A DNA stretch of 64,000 bases from Nemertoderma westbladi. Taxonomy: Eukaryota > Animalia > Xenacoelomorpha. Both the position numbers and the translations under genes were made by a program. The DNA lies in contig JAUCBJ010000315.1 in the NCBI GenBank assembly GCA_032718475.1, positions 26,858-90,857 of the forward strand, written 5' to 3'. The notes beneath the pieces were generated by a model. That model searched no databases. It was not told where the DNA came from and was given only the letters and a program-made list of their open reading frames with translations. This document shows positions 25,001 to 36,133 of this stretch, piece after piece. The first letter of the stretch is position 1; each line of letters begins with the position of its first letter.

Positions 25001-25619
25001 CCCACATATCTATTCGGCGAATCACGGTTCTGCGAATATCCGCCCCTTTAAACACCTGAGGATCGCGCTGGAACACTGTTGCAGCAAAGCAGAGGAAGCG
25101 CTCCGACGGGTGGACTCCTCGGTTGAGGAGGCCGATCTCGTCCGCGAGCATCCCCGCTGCTCTCCTACCGACGTTTCCGCCGGGAACAAAGTACCGCCGC
25201 GATGGCAGGTGTGTTAGGCGCTCGTGTATGTCCGCCCAGAAGGAGTCGGTAGAGGTGCCCGGTTCGTTGACCCAGACGCCTCCGAAGGCCGACTCGATGG
25301 ATTCCACCAGGGAGAAAAGAGCAGTCGGAGCAAGGGGACCCTCAGGTTCGGGTACCAGAGTGGTATCCATGTCGTCTGAATTAGAGTCTAGGGAGGTGGA
25401 CGAGGGCGAGGTTGAGTTTAGAACCGAGGGTTGAGACGACGAATTCGGAGAGGAATGATTCGTCGACGAACTGGCTGGAAGGACGGTTGCCGTTGGTCCA
25501 TTGGCGCATTGGTTGAGGGTTAGTGGAGTACACGAGGTGCAGGGAACTCCAGCTTTGGAGCACCTGCACCCCCGACAAGCCCCGCTGCGGCAAGTGCAGC
25601 AGCGTTGCGTGGGTGCCAT
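22062..25619 (-). CDS. CRE-type polyprotein: N-terminal Cys cluster, reverse transcriptase, CCHC knuckle, PD-(D/E)xK endonuclease (1185 aa)
   Basis: RT motifs GVRPIGVGE, VDAKNAFN, QGDPLAM and YADD; CEGC..H...C-RHNEIRD; RADL...FDVS...K endonuclease motifs. Confidence 0.92.
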   Translation of the reverse strand: MAPTQRCCTCRSGACRGCRCSKAGVPCTSCTPLTLNQCANGPTATVLPASSSTNHSSPNSSSQPSVLNSTSPSSTSLDSNSDDMDTTLVPEPEGPLAPTALFSLVESIESAFGGVWVNEPGTSTDSFWADIHERLTHLPSRRYFVPGGNVGRRAAGMLADEIGLLNRGVHPSERFLCFAATVFQRDPQVFKGADIRRTVIRRIDMWEQGESEQLPREAERCASKFTSSRGRPGRTTTDNAARIFNRKVLTRQNRAAIRGVTDRDGGCVLDPNSQAEGQRVGITVRDVLESKHPDPITPPQDVFTVPASGLPPFEDVDITAQVVLKVAQNLQGSPGPVGGDAEFWHSLLTRYDTHSSRLREAFAALARRMANSVIPWGEIRALRACRLVALDKQPGVRPIGVGEVPYRLLANCIISTTGSDIGQVCGADQLCGGLKAGIEGAVHSMTGLFDQEESDCILLVDAKNAFNSISRSASLWSCRINWHRCSRFMFNAYNGHAALYLPGENPPLWSKEGYTQGDPLAMGGYCCSSLPLIWVLRSVAASSQAVQAVVAPATDSVVPLNSPVVQVQAFVAPITDSIVPPISPAVQAIVSPVTDSVIPPTLPAVQVSVAPVTDSIVPLTSPAVQAVVAPVTDSDVSPTSPAVQADVAPLMDSVVPPTSPAVQEPCNKRSECCQCWYADDASAVGRLAAVHRWWLMLKEFGPSIGFFPEPSKSQLVIKHGLEDTAHEIFGSSGVRISHGHRFLGGYVGDSVGKRAFLAEKVSGWTKSIDILADVATEFPQTAHSAMSRCLQAEWDYILRVCNPHESELAPIRSMLVNRYIPSLFGSTHSPALDRLQLLPVRHGGLGIRDPIERSGPAHLASTSGTARIVEAIETGGRLHVADHVACLKTALVECRQTQDAACKAKFEASLAAFPPDRRRTVSRAAKYKTGGWLSAQPSPIDHTDLDPQSFRDNLALRYSMAPPDLPVNCEGCGEPFDTAHALSCKVGGLVIRRHNEIRDVFGDLLAEAFGATNVEREVTLAEGHLVSDGQAVEGVRADLVSRGVWANQVVASFDVSIINLDATSYVRSNASTETLLAQRERVKRAHYQEACESRRMHFTPLVCSTDGVWGAEAAVFIRHLAETLCSKRVGMRQRGLGEVLGAVRRRLQFGLLRATSLCLRGGRRPWRGLGFGDGAGIRGVDPDMY
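23632..23988 (-). repeat. In-frame 57-bp coding minisatellite inside the RT domain
   Basis: Six units of AVQAxVAPxTDSxVPxTSP. Confidence 0.9.
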
Positions 25620-26023
25620 TACTGCATTATTAGAATCAAAATATCAAGTCAGAAGTCAGCAGTACAGCTGTACTGCCTGTACGTCAGGCCCGTATCGTGC
25701 GGGGGGCTTTGGGGGCACTGCCCCCCCAGAGAAGTCCCACTGCCCCCCCAGAGAAGTCCCACTGCCCCCCCAGACATGTATTGTTCACTCGTCTTGTTCA
25801 CAGTTAATTAATAATAATATTGTTGGTAATCAATATTATTGGATTCACATACTCCTGCCCACTGACCTGACCTGACTCCCCACCATTCCATTTGGTCCAA
25901 TTCCTATAATACTACATGACATTAATATACCTACCTACCTGTAATAATTACTAAAAATACTCGAAAGCTCTAGGTTCTCTCATTGGCTACCGGGGGGGTA
26001 TAGGGGTTGTTTGTTGTTGACCG

Positions 26024-26827
26024 AGGAGTACTCTCAGAATCATTAGAGGGAGCCCAACGGCTCCTCAGCTCATTAGAACATGCTGCTTCTAGTGTTGGTC
26101 TTTTTATTAACTCCAGAAAGACCAAAATTCTGACCGTTAACTTTGAAAGTCCTCAGCAAGTCTCTGATCGGATGAGCATAAGCTCAAAGGATGGTATGCT
26201 TGAGCATGTGGACGACTTCTGTTACCTGGGATCATGGATCCGGAAGTCAGGTGAGGACCTTCGAATACGTAAGGGAAAGGCATGGGTAGCCTTGAATAGG
26301 CTTTCCAGGATTTGGAAGTCACCGAGAATTAATCGGAAACTTAAGGTCCGATTATTTAGAGCGGCAGTAGTTCCAGTACTCCTCTACGGGAGTCCATGCT
26401 GGGCTCTAACTGCTGAGGACACCAAATCTCTGGATGGCACATTCACAAGAATGCTACGCCGGGTTCATTGTGTCAAGTACAATGCACACATCTCCAACCA
26501 GACACTATATAACATTGGAGGTGTCTCATTGGTTCCCCCAAGCTTGACACTAGAACAAAATCGCCTCCGCTTTGCAGGACATTGCTTTCGCCGTGAGGAC
26601 CAGCCAGTGCATAATCTTGTACTTTGGCAGCCTCATGGAGTGAATAAGCATGGTGGACAGCCCATGACTTTCTTGAGACGCATCTTAAAGGACACTGGCC
26701 TTAAAGATGCGGATGATCTAGCAAATGTCATGGGTGATAGGGAGTTGTGGCGGTGCAATTTTGTTGACAAGCCGGCACAGCATTCTTAAAAATGCAGCTG
26801 CAATGCAGCATGCCGATCCTAGTAGTA
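26024..26827 (+). mobile_element. 5'-truncated RTE-clade LINE
   Basis: Open RT C-terminal half (VGLFINSRKTK, FCYLGS, VLLYGSPCW, RLRFAGH); (TAG)n tail; 11-bp TSD GTTGTTGACCG at 26013-26023 and 26828-26838. Confidence 0.9.
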
Positions 26828-26966
26828 GTTGTTGACCGTTGACCCATTGTCTATTTGCTTGTAGTTTGGGAGCCAGCTTGCAGCTAAAAGGCTTGGCGCT
26901 GAGGGTTGCTTGCGCTGGTATCCATAGCTAAAAATTGTTGTAACTTAGCCTTAACCATATTATACC

Positions 26967-28283
26967 TGAAGTGGGTCCTTCGCGCAGCACGTGACATAAA
27001 TTTATGCAAGTGTAATCTTGAAAGCAAAATAAGCAAAATCTAAGCAGATGCCCTTGATCACTTTACACCAGCCTAGAGGCGGGCTTGAAAACTGCAGTCG
27101 ATTTAAACCTTGTACTCTCTTTGAGGTCATTTTTGACCCATCGAAGATTTAAACTTACACAATTTTATCACACATTGATATTTTATCTCGAAATTTTGTG
27201 ACATTTATTATTTTATAGTACTTGTCAATTAGAAAAACAAAAATGTAAAAATTTGCAAGGGGGTCTATTCAATTTTACAATTTATAGGGGCCTACACATC
27301 GTGTTTTGTACCTGTACCATTCAATATCAACGAAAAACTTTTTTTGATTTCAACTCAGTTCGCAAACTTAGTTTGATACCAAAATCTTCTAGTATTCCTA
27401 CTGCATTGATATTATGCTCATTTAGAACCGCAATGACCGATTTAGTTGTAGTAGACACCTTCAAAACAAGCATAAAGCGAATAGTTTTTGAGATATTTGT
27501 CAGGTATTTGTCAATATCGCATCAAGGCGCTAATTTTGACTTGTGCCGGACTTCACATTATCTGCAATATCTCAAAAACTATTCGCTCTATGCTTGTTTT
27601 GAAGGTGTCTACACCAACTAAATCGGTCATTGGGGGCGGTTCTAAATGAGCGTAATATCAATGCAGTAGGAATAATAGAAGTTGATCATCACAAAAATGG
27701 GGAATATGACTCACTTGCACCAAGGGCGGGTACTGGCCATGTGCCTGTGGGAATATTTCCTGTCATCCCCAAATCAAAATTTTGGTATCTATCGAAGTTT
27801 GGGCTCATTTGATGACATCTGATGTGCAAACTCAGTTTAAATTCGACAAAAATTTTTTCGGACCACCCCAACCCTCTCATTTACCTGAGGTCAAAATTGA
27901 ACTCAAAGAAACTGTTTGAGAAACGAAGGGGTACACAAGGGTTAAGACCACATAAAAAGTTTAAATGACACAGCTAATGGTCGAGTACAATTCTGCCAAG
28001 TTTCAGCTTAAACGGATTAAAAGCAAATAAATGGGAGGACATTTAATGTTTAGACATGTAGCCATCTAGCGGGAGACTGTTGAAGTGTTGGGGTCAAAAG
28101 TCGCTAAATAATGTCAAGTTTTGGACATATTTATGCCTACAAATTTTCAATTCGACAGCTTTAAATAAATTCTGCCTTATATGAATGTCAAAATAGTTAC
28201 GTCAACAACTATTTGCCATTATTGACATTCTCCTTAACAGTGTCAATTCGCCAAGGCTCCGCCAACTTCGTGGCTCGCCCCAC
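26967..28283 (-). mobile_element. Longer member of the Helentron-associated family seen at 726-1273
   Basis: Shares both termini (GAAGTGGG..CTTCGCGCAGCACG; GGCTCCGCCAACTTCGTGGCTCGCCCCAC) and 27965-28283 homology; internal palindrome at ~27388-27680. Confidence 0.65.
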
Positions 28284-29099
28284 ACACCTTTAAACAATAT
28301 TGATTTTACTTTATGTACTAAATTAACTCTCACTTTGTTGTATGCTCCCCAAATCCTAGTTATGGGTTTTGCCCCCCCAGATTTGGCCTCTGCCCCCCCA
28401 GATATTATGATCACCATACGGGCCTGCTGTACGTACAGGTAGCAATAGCAGGATAAGGATTGCATGATTGAGTCGTGTCAGTACAGGAGTCAGTACTAGT
28501 AAATTATACTTCGCATGATGGCTAATTCAAAGTAAATGAATGAAATTATAAGAGGTTTCAATTGATGGTTGAATAGGAGATGAACTGAAGTGTAACAGGC
28601 CATGACACTGATTGTGCTTTGTGCTACACTACACTAACCATTGTCACACACTGTTACACCTTACATATACGATAGTCATCACTGTATGCTGAAGAATATA
28701 TAGGCCTACCATACTATACCTGTACAACAGTAGTGGATGTATTTTATCTGAATGTGGTCACGCATGATATAAACCGAATACACTGATACTTATCATTGAT
28801 CGACTTAAAGTGGCCGCGTTTTCTAAAAAAGGGGGATTTTGAACTAAACTATAGGCTAAAATAAATTAAAAATATAGAACAGTACGTAGATTCCTTTAAC
28901 TTATCTTCGTATCCTTCGGAAAGGCCAATGAACGGTTTACACCCCACCCGGTACCTCTCACTCTATCGCGAAATTTGGGTTCAAATTCCAACTAATCCCA
29001 TCGCTAATTAGCGGTCTGTGCAATTAGTTTGCTATAGAATGTTTGATTAAGTAGGCCTACCGGCCCTCCTAAACATTACTTGATAAATAGTTTCCAAAT

Positions 29100-29250
29100 T
29101 CATCCAATAGCGGCTTCGCAATGAAAGCTTACAGAAATATAACCAATGATGTGCCTCCAATTTCTACGGTTTAAAATGCCGAAGTAACAAAACTTAAAAA
29201 ACATTTTAAACTTTCATTTTGGCTTTAAAAATATAAATTTATATAAACTG
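29100..29250 (+). promoter_or_regulatory. Putative NeuroD core promoter (CCAAT boxes, TATA)
   Basis: CCAAT at ~29104, ~29143 and ~29157, and TTTATATAAA at ~29238, about 110 nt before the ATG; conserved in copy A (~2800-2955). Confidence 0.45.
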
Positions 29251-29354
29251 TAACAAAAAGATTATTTATTGAAGAGATACTTGTAATAAAAAATAAATAC
29301 TTTTAATAAAATAAACAACATATTTTAAATTATAAGTAAAACCAAAAAGAGAGA

Positions 29355-30907
29355 ATGTCGAGTTACGAAGGCATGGATTTATTTAGTCTCTTATCAGCAG
29401 ATGAATTAGAAGAAATCAAAGCCTTGGATAGCAACGATGACATGTTTAAAGAGGAAATTCCAGGTAATAATTAAAAAAAAAGTGGTTGAAATTATATTCT
29501 TTCTAAAACGTTCAACTCTAGTGGCTTTTTTTTGCTTTGCTCTCGATAACCTCCAATAAAATAGCAATGTAAAGAGTTTGCGAAACCATTTTGTATTTTT
29601 GTAGGGAGACGATAATAACAGTATTGAACAGTGGTAAGAGACTGTATACGAATCAAATTAAACTTTCCGATTCTAAATATTTTCATTTCGCAGACGCGAC
29701 GAAACCAAAAAAGCGCGGCCCTAAAAAGAAGCGATTGACAAAACTTCGTTTAGTGAAAGTGAAACTTCGACGAAAGAAAGCGAACGCGAGAGAAAGAGGC
29801 CGGATGCACAGTCTGAACGGCGCGTTGGACGGGTTGCGTGGCGTAATGCCACCCGTAGGTGATGTAAAGTTGTCAAAGATTGAAACTCTCCGATTGGCTA
29901 AAAACTATATCAACAGTTTGGCGGAAATTTTGAAGAGAGAAAGAGCGCCGGAAATCGATGAATTCGCCAGGAATCTTACTAAAGGTAATTCGCGTTCCAA
30001 ATGGGGGGGGGGGGGGTGAATCGACGCAAATAACACCTGATTACTCCCAAAAATAAAACAAATCGTGCCTTTGCAACCTGCTCCTTTCCTTATTAATTGA
30101 AAACTTATCATTGAGACGAGAAATAAGTTACCATGCAGGCTTTTTTCAGATACACTCTCGCGTTTTTCTACGTTGGCATAACTCCTTCGAGATTTTCCAA
30201 TAATTATCTTACGACTTAAAAACGCTGTAGTTTGAACATCATGTATATGTCGTTTATTTGTACTTTAAATATATATTAGAATTTGATAATACTACTGCTC
30301 TCCATGTACAATTAAACATATAAACTCTTATATATATCTGTTTTGTATATCTGCATTGTTTCTAACGAGCTGTGCCAGTAGCATCCATTCATACATCAGT
30401 TCTACACAGTTCATATAGTTCTATATATTCTATGAGCAGAAATTTTTAAATTGGGGCTATTTTATTGTTTGTTAAATAATTATTATTTATCGTTTTCCAG
30501 ACCTAAGTATCCCCACCATGCATGCTGTTGCCAAGCAACTATCCTTGGATCCCAATACCACCTTCCCGGAACTTCGCTTCTGCAAATCGAAAACTCTTCC
30601 AAACAAAATCTACAGCCCAACGCATTACTATGGCAACCATGAGTTTATTAACCAATGTAATTCATTTCCATATTCGCCCCCTGGCGGAGTTTGTGGAATC
30701 GAAGATATTCCTACGCGCCCCTACAACGGATTGGATCCCTTCTCTAATACACAATGTAATGGAGAACTCGGGATCTATCACGAGTTATTCATCGGATTCC
30801 GGGATAATTTTAAACCCAACTGGTTTAGGGAAAAAGAAACACTGAGTTACAGAGAGAACTATCCCTTTACTAACTTCCCAATAAACAATAATAATTTAAA
30901 CTGCTAA
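29355..30907 (+). CDS. neuroD: NeuroD-family bHLH transcription factor, copy B; exons 29355-29463, 29694-29984, 30501-30907 (268 aa)
   Basis: Phase-1 GT-AG introns give one open frame MSSYEGMD...[16 protein letters not shown]-bHLH-ARNLTK/[18 protein letters not shown]...LNC*. The exon model is inferred from splice signals. Confidence 0.85.
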
Positions 30908-31310
30908 TAAAGTTCTAACCAAGTTATTTATAATTTGTATTGTAATGTTATTAACTTTTCATATCTCTTGTGAATATGTTAGTTTAGTTGATAAAAATAA
31001 ATTAGTTTAGTTTGTACGATAATGATGTTAATGTAGTACTTTATATTTCATACTCCTGGCTAAATACATTCTGCTCTTTGGGTACAAAATGTTCAACTAA
31101 TGGTGGAGAAAATGAAACGTACAGGCGGAACTTTTTAAACAAACTGTCTAAGATCTGCCAATCCTCCCTGGACACTGAGTTTATCCCAGAAACAGAAAGT
31201 GTGAATCACAAGTAGCACTACAGTACTACAGTACTACTACAGTACTACAGTACCACTACAGTACTACTACAGTACTACAGTACTACTACAGTACTACAGT
31301 ACTACTACAG

Positions 31311-31365
31311 TTTTTTTTTTTTTTTATATATGTCAATTTAATAAAGCAAAATGCCAACAAATATA
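31311..31365 (-). mobile_element. Very short poly(A)-tailed retro-insertion in the minisatellite
   Basis: T15 at 31311-31325 plus ~40 unique nt, with ATTAAA on the minus strand; satellite on both sides. Confidence 0.65.
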
Positions 31366-31410
31366 TACTACAGTACTACTACAGTACTACAGTACTACTA
31401 CAGTACTACT

Positions 31411-31791
31411 CAGAGTCAGTCAGAGTGTGTTGTGTGGGTTCGCAGGAGGTTGAGTTTCGCCCTTTTGCGGTCAGCCCTCCTGTGCCTTCGCGGCTGTCGA
31501 TCAGCTAAGCGGCGTCCGGTTCGGTGCGACGTGGAGTCGATCATCCACAGCAATGCCGACTGCAACCCGGCGTAGGCGACTGTGGATAACAACCCTCCAA
31601 GTTTGGAGGACAGTCAGACAGTAACATATACTAACTGTAGTATTAATTTAACAGTGTATATTTGTCTGGTTGTTGGTGGTGGTTGCTATGCGATCTGATG
31701 TGCATCAGCTGTTTTTACAAGCTTTAATAATAAATATACGGCTATAGTTTTCCAGGTAGGATAGTAAAAAAAAAAAAAAAAAAAAAAAAAA
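31411..31791 (+). mobile_element. 5'-truncated CRE-clade element with poly(A) tail in the minisatellite
   Basis: VVWVRRRLSFALLRSALLCLRGCR resembles VRRRLQFGLLRATSLCLRGGR of the full-length ORF; AATAAA at ~31729; A26 tail at 31766-31791. Confidence 0.85.
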
Positions 31792-32106
31792 CTACAGTAC
31801 TACTACAGTACTACTCCAGTACTACTATAGTACTACGTACAGTACTACTACAGTACTACAGTACTACTACAGTACTACTATACTACAGTACTACTACAGT
31901 AGTACTACAGTACTACTACAGTACTACTACAGTACTACTGTACTACAGTACTACTGTACTACAGTACTACTACAGTACTACTACAGTAATACTACAGTAC
32001 TACTACAGTACTACAATACTACAGTACTACTACAGTACTACTACAGTACTACTACAGTACTACTACTACTACAGTACTACTACAGTACCACTACAGTAGT
32101 AAACAG

Positions 32107-33333
32107 TGTTCGCGCTTTCAGACCTTTGGCAGTTTAACCCACCAAATTAAGATGTCTTCTAGATATTAAATCTGTTTTTTAGTCTATGACAAGTATTTGA
32201 TTCACTACACTAGTCGAAACCAATCCGTGCGCGACCATTCACCCGCTGGATATTCCCGGGAGATTGGGTTCGACGGTTTAATTTTTATTGCTATGTAAGC
32301 CTAATGTATTATTCGACTGACAGTATTATATAATCTCTGACAATATTATTCACCTTCGGTAATATTAACAGTTCCTTTAGGACGTGGCGCTTTATCTATA
32401 TAAACAGAGTTATGACTTAAACTACTCACAACGATATGGCTTAATTATAATTCACATATATGGCGCATTCTTTAGGAATTGCTTCTTTAACAGACTCACT
32501 CATACACTATGCTGCACAATACTGCACACTAATATGCCAATCTTCACTGATTTTAGTCACATATAAAAGGAACACAGGCTGACTCATGTAGGGTCTATCA
32601 AATAACATTAGATTCACTTCAAACCACTTTAACATAAGTCACAATCGTTATTGGTAACCTTTCTCTCTTACCTTCGGTATATCAAGAATATTGGGTTGCG
32701 GGGTTATTTATCGTTATTCCAAATATAATAATTCATCAACCATATTATGAAGAACTGACAGTAAATAGCAGTAAACACAACAACTGAACAGTTAGGTAGA
32801 TCGGTACATCAGTACCGGTATGTCAGCAGTGAGATATTTACAGAGATATTCAAGTTAAAGGATATATGCCCTTTATAATTAAACCTACTAGTGTAAGACT
32901 AAAAAGCAGTACAGCACAAAAAACTTCCAAGCCGTTCTTTCTTTGGCTCAAGACTGAATGTAAACACTGCACATAGGCATTGCGTCATTTCTCGGAAATT
33001 TTCTGTACAAGGAGCCACAAAAACGCTCTCATTGGCTGACTGAACTGAGAGACGCCGTAGAACAAAGGAAATCAACACGTATGAATGTCAGCTGTTAACC
33101 GTAGTCATAGTAACTACTGTTCAAGAGTAGCTATCACCCCTTTGCGTCACGAATTGCCATAGAATCATAAAATATGCCTTTCACAGTACACATACGGAGG
33201 AAATAGGTCTTAGATCCTCTAAAAACACCGATACAGCAATAATACGGTCTCTTACACTTATTAAATCAACTACAGAGTATTTTAATGTAAAAGATAATAA
33301 AAATAACGGGGCAATTCAGCAAAGGCTTTTACA
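32107..33333 (-). repeat. 3' LTR
   Basis: Direct repeat of 46384-47610; one substitution noticed by eye (32534 A vs 46811 C). Confidence 0.97.
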
Positions 33334-36133
33334 CCGCTCCCAGAAAATGGGATTTTCAGTCTATAAAATATAAAAATCACAGTTTCTAAAACATAAAGAT
33401 ACTCTAAACAGTTAGTCTTTCTTACGCAGACGGCGTTTCGCAGTTTTTTGAGGCTAGCAAGAGTCTTTTCTCTTTGGGGGGAGCCACTTTACTAGGAGGG
33501 CCATAACTCCTGGGTGAAGGGTGCAATATGATTGCATCAGAAGGTGTAGGATTGTGGTCGAGGTATCTGCCGTTTCGATATGCTTCTCCTCGAGCTGATT
33601 TTCCTCCGCTCGTAGCTGGATACGTTCATCCAAAACTCTCGCAGAGAATAGGATCGTCCAAGTTCGATAACTTCTTAGAGATTCTGGATTTCCCAATCGA
33701 ATTGAGATAAGGCCAATTCGTTTATCGATTGGACTCACTGTTATAACTTACGTTTATCTGAACAAACGCAGGTTTCCTTTTTGATCTTTATAAAATAGCG
33801 TTTAACTCGTTTCGTACAACGCTCTCCTTCCCCTTGATGAGGGGTTGTATCGCGTTAAACGTGGACGACCATACGGTTGGATAGTGATATTAGGTGTCCG
33901 CGTCACAATCCGGCTAGGTAAGATGGGCGGCTAGCTAGAAATCACTGTCGGAGTGTTACCGATTAATTGTTAGGGTAGCACTAGATCTTTGAACAGTGAA
34001 TACAGTCCGCGAGGATCCGCGACACCACCAAGATCGCAGGTCTGAGGTCCAACTAAGGAATGAGGAGGTTTGACCGAGTATTCCGGGACTCTGATCGTAG
34101 GTTTACTCCAGGATCGTTCGAGCCGAGTGAGCATAGGTGATACTTCAACAAGTTTCGGTTTACGTGGATGTTTATGTCTTTCCGTTTATTAGTTGGGTCT
34201 AGGGCATTTATCGTAATAATACCAAAGACGCACGTCTGGTAGGGTAAACGCGGGTGATATTTATTTGTTGTTACAATGCTTCTATCAAGAATTCCAAATA
34301 TACGTTGGAGTTACCGCGTCCATTTGTTTCTTAAGTGTCTTTTCTTTCGAGTCGATTTCGAATAGAATTTTCGCATTCGAATTTCCGTTTATGGTTCTGA
34401 CTCCGCTGGGCAGGATATATGGTCGACATAGTCCATATTGTGTAAATCGATAGGATGACAAGACCATCTTCTATCAACTCCGTCATATCTGCTATATATG
34501 AGTTTATCCATATTATAATGAGTTTATATTTAGGCGAGCGGGCGTCGCTGCCTACCCCAATCAACCCCGGACAGTACGAGATCCTCAGCGCCGATGTGTC
34601 GTCGCCGCTGTACTTTCGCCAACGACGTAGCCGCACAACGACAACGACAACCGGCACAAGTCACTCAACTGTCCGTCCCAAAGGCTTAGATGTACTTCAG
34701 GTTTCCTTGGAGAGTTAGGTTACTTTTACGATTGCGACTAGCTACTGTAAACACACCTTAGCAGTAACATTCACCTATAAACTCACAAATACCACACACA
34801 CAACTTGTCACAAATTACACACACTCGGGTCACTTGTCCGTTAGTCAATGCCTTCCAGAATGTCACTGTATTATTATGTATCCTTGGATACTATCAGTGC
34901 ACTATTTATTCCCTATGCTATTCAATGGGACAAGTTTTCTATTGTTCTTTTAACTCAATTCTAATTCTAGCGTGGTTGTTGCTATGGTGACATTATGCAA
35001 AGCTAGCGGTAGAATTAGGGTGATTCCAATGCATACAGATCTGGGATGTTATTTAATAGTAATTCTTTAATAGTCAATGCTCTGTTTTATACATGACTTT
35101 ATGAATTTTATCGGCTATTGACTATGTTTGGGAGACTTTCACACACTCATACGCATGATAAGATAAATCTCCGCTCCCTTGATCTATTAATTAATGGAAT
35201 TTTGGGAACTTTATAAATTGCGTAAAAATGGCAATTTATTAAATTCATTAAAAGGCATGAATTTAAATTGATTCCCTGAAATTTTATTATTTGATAATTA
35301 AATGGACATATTTGGATTCCAGAACATGTCTAGGGACACAAGATCCTTAATTCTAAGAAATTGTCTCTTTAAGAATATCGGTAAATGCTACGATATCTTA
35401 ATTGACTAGAATTGTTGAAGATCTGAATTTTACAGATTTTGATTTATTAGATTTGCAAATATTAAATAATTAATATTTGAGATGGGCACCGATTTATTCC
35501 AGAACTTGTCTGGGGACGTTAACCACTGATTCTAGAATTTGTCTTTCAAGTATATCGGTGGGTGCCGCGATATCTTAATCGACTAGAATTACAGATGGTC
35601 AAAGGGTTTAACAGATTTATTTTGCGTTATACGCTACTGTTAAAGGGACATCACGCTACTATATGTATTATTTAATATACGGTATGAGAGCAATATCGCA
35701 CGAAGCAATGTCAGTGTGAAGAGGCAAGTCGTTTCCAAGGTCTACCCAGAGCTTGGTTTAGCCGAGACACGAGGATCTGAACTTTGCATTCCTAATACTC
35801 TGCCTACCAATAATACTTAAATATAGTAGTGGCTTTATTGTACTTTAATAAGTACAGACATTTCATCTTACTGTAGTTACGTATTTATAATAGAATACGA
35901 GCAGTAAGGAAAGAGAAAATAATTATTTCTCGCCGTCGCACTAAATATAATATAAGTAATTACGTACGTAATAAACACGAATATATTGCACTATTCTACA
36001 AAATAATCGCTAAATAATATTCTACTAAATTAAATAAAACGATTATAATAAAATTACATAGTAATACATACATAAATATAAAAATAATAATAGAATATAA
36101 AATAATAGAGTCACACGCCCACTCCGAACGATA

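Larger units (their letters stand above)
25685..28426. mobile_element. Non-autonomous hAT-like element with nested RTE and Helentron-like insertions
   Basis: TIR CAGGCCCGTAT(C/G)GTG at both ends; perfect 8-bp TSD CTGTACGT at 25677-25684 and 28427-28434; subterminal TGCCCCCCCAGA repeats. Confidence 0.9.
21917..28494 (-). mobile_element. Full-length CRE-clade RLE non-LTR retrotransposon with its 5' UTR interrupted by a hAT element
   Basis: 13-bp TSD ACTAGTAAATTAT at 21904-21916 and 28495-28507; empty paralogous site at ~55092; single RT-RLE ORF; no poly(A) tail. Confidence 0.9.
31214..32100. repeat. Minisatellite (CTACAGTACTA / CTACAGTA)n interrupted by retro-insertions
   Basis: Directly visible tandem array; each unit contains the palindrome AGTACT. 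Confidence 0.95.

Noticed and set aside
22226-25434. Many overlapping and antisense ORFs in the CRE element (and likewise in BEL)
   Set aside because: Shadow frames of GC-rich coding sequence with no recognisable motifs.
31214-32100. Repeat array with unique inserts resembling CRISPR, or a telomere
   Set aside because: Eukaryotic context, irregular 8/11-bp units, inserts are poly(A) retro-fragments and no cas genes are present. The array is interstitial and lacks the G-rich strand typical of telomeric repeats.
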